Of a DNA stretch of 64,000 nt, positions 62,570 through 64,000 are shown piece after piece. This stretch comes from Candidatus Babeliales bacterium (lineage in GTDB: Bacteria > Babelota > Babeliae > Babelales > JANWKD01). The stretch spans positions 704,001 to 768,000 of the forward strand of contig CAVRJM010000001.1 of NCBI GenBank assembly GCA_963722075.1. The letters are read 5' to 3'. Positions within the stretch are counted from its first letter, which is position 1, and the number at the start of each line of letters is the position of its first letter. The notes below the pieces were generated by a model, which searched no databases, was not told the DNA's origin, and saw nothing but the letters and a program-made list of their open reading frames with translations. Both the position numbers and the translations under genes were made by a program.

Positions 62570-63123
62570 TCCACAGCATCATTAAGGATAAGCGATTTTG
62601 CAGATAAATCTAAATACGCAGCTAACGGCTGCCCATTAAAATTTAGAATACCTTTATCTTGTATCATTGCATTAATATTGGCTTTTCCGTCAAGTAAAAT
62701 ATCTTTACCAATTATTTTGCCGTTATTTAATTGCACACCATTACCAGGAACAATATAAAATCCCATATTAGTTTTAACAATTTGGTAATACTTTCCTTGA
62801 ATAGTAGGATTTTCCCTCATATACGGGCCTTTCCAATGATGAGGATATTTTAGGTGCATCGTGCCAATTTCAGAACCCTCAAAGGAAATAACATTTAAAA
62901 AATCGATATAATTTTGCTGTTGATATTGAAAATCGATAATAATACAATCATGATGAATGCTATTAAAAACAGTTGAAAGAACTGTGATATCTTCGGCAAT
63001 AATTTGGTTGGTGTATACTTTTGCCTGTTGCCAAAAATTGATAACGGTAATAGCACACAAAATAAAAATAAGGCCTACAATGGCAACTTGCGTATATTTT
63101 TGCTTGATTGTTACTCCGTGCAT
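62566..63123 (-). CDS. Membrane-anchored pseudopilin-like (GspG-like) protein
   Basis: Single N-terminal TM, amphipathic helix, WKGPYMRENP motif. Confidence 0.45.
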   Translation of the reverse strand: MHGVTIKQKYTQVAIVGLIFILCAITVINFWQQAKVYTNQIIAEDITVLSTVFNSIHHDCIIIDFQYQQQNYIDFLNVISFEGSEIGTMHLKYPHHWKGPYMRENPTIQGKYYQIVKTNMGFYIVPGNGVQLNNGKIIGKDILLDGKANINAMIQDKGILNFNGQPLAAYLDLSAKSLILNDAVD

Positions 63124-63248
63124 ACTATCTTCTTCTCTTTTTTAAACCAATGCGCATTTTAAAATGTTCATTAGTACAATTGTTTAATTAGTAAGGTCAA
63201 TAGAAAACTGTACCAAATCGTTATATAAAAAAAAAGAAAATTTAGGAT

Positions 63249-63872
63249 TTATGCTAAAAAAACTCTGATATTGGAAGGAATTGGTGTTAATAAATCAAGA
63301 GCTTCTGGGCAAATAATTATCTTAGTTGTTGATTTGTCATTATCTTTTGATTGTTTTCTTTGTTGCAGTACTAAGTGGGTTCTTTGTTGCAGTATATTTT
63401 CAATCAAAAACCATACCAGCGGGTTGGGGTCACGTTCAATTAATACAACAATCTCATCTTTTTTTGCGGTTCTTCGTACTAATCCTTCATTAAAAAAAGC
63501 AGTAATTAAAGGCGAATGATCGCATATATATTGAATAAGCTTTTTCTGAATCTCTTGATCCAGTTTAAGTTTTTTAAACCAAGAAAAACAACGTTTAAAA
63601 TTAGCAATTTTTCGTCCACCCTTATTTTGAATAGTGGTAAAAGAGGCTTCAATCAATAATGGAATATCATATTTACAAGCATGTTCAAAAATTATTTTTA
63701 ATCCTTTTTTGCCGTAGCGTTCTTCAACCAAATAAGCTGCCAATCTGCTTTTACATAACAACACTAATGGCTGTGGTTGAAAAAGTGATGGCTTTTCCTC
63801 ATTGGTAATAACTTCATCCCCGGTCCCGTAAGCACTAAAAACAATTAATAAGGACATCCATATCGCTAGCAT
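63249..63872 (-). CDS. Hypothetical secreted protein
   Basis: Signal ...FSAYG; strong RBS AGGAGGGG. Confidence 0.65.
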   Translation of the reverse strand: MLAIWMSLLIVFSAYGTGDEVITNEEKPSLFQPQPLVLLCKSRLAAYLVEERYGKKGLKIIFEHACKYDIPLLIEASFTTIQNKGGRKIANFKRCFSWFKKLKLDQEIQKKLIQYICDHSPLITAFFNEGLVRRTAKKDEIVVLIERDPNPLVWFLIENILQQRTHLVLQQRKQSKDNDKSTTKIIICPEALDLLTPIPSNIRVFLA

Positions 63873-64000
63873 AGTTATCCCCTCCTAGCCTGGGTTGTTC
63901 CTCTTTAAAAATAATCTAAATACATTACTTTTTTTACCTCATGAAGAGTATTCGATGCAACAGTTTGTGCAATATGGGTTCCTTTTTTCAATACATCGTC

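Overview
AT-rich bacterial chromosome segment. Gene content and style (ankyrin/F-box proteins, many short secreted orphans, split ATP synthase operon) suggest a protist-associated intracellular bacterium, most likely Dependentiae/Babelota (TM6); this is inference, not a database result. Housekeeping content: ffh-rpsP-khpA-trmD and rplS, msrAB, hflX, pcrA/uvrD, dps, skp, pth, atpD-atpC, ctpA, radA, tdk, murA, atpG, tsaE, a tRNA cluster followed by rpmG-tRNA(Trp)-secE-nusG-rplKAJL-rpoBC-tRNA(Val)-rpsO-pnp-rph. Interspersed are about 25 lineage-specific secreted or membrane orphans and two non-canonical MutS-like ATPases. Two window-wide patterns stand out. (1) Seventeen otherwise mostly unrelated secreted orphans have Met immediately after the predicted signal-peptide cleavage site, 15 of them followed by E/D/Q/N, suggesting an effector sorting or host N-acetylation signal. 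(2) A family of small palindromic elements is nested up to three levels deep in intergenic regions and also forms structured trailers directly after the CCA of four tRNA genes. No transposase, integrase, CRISPR array or rRNA gene was seen.
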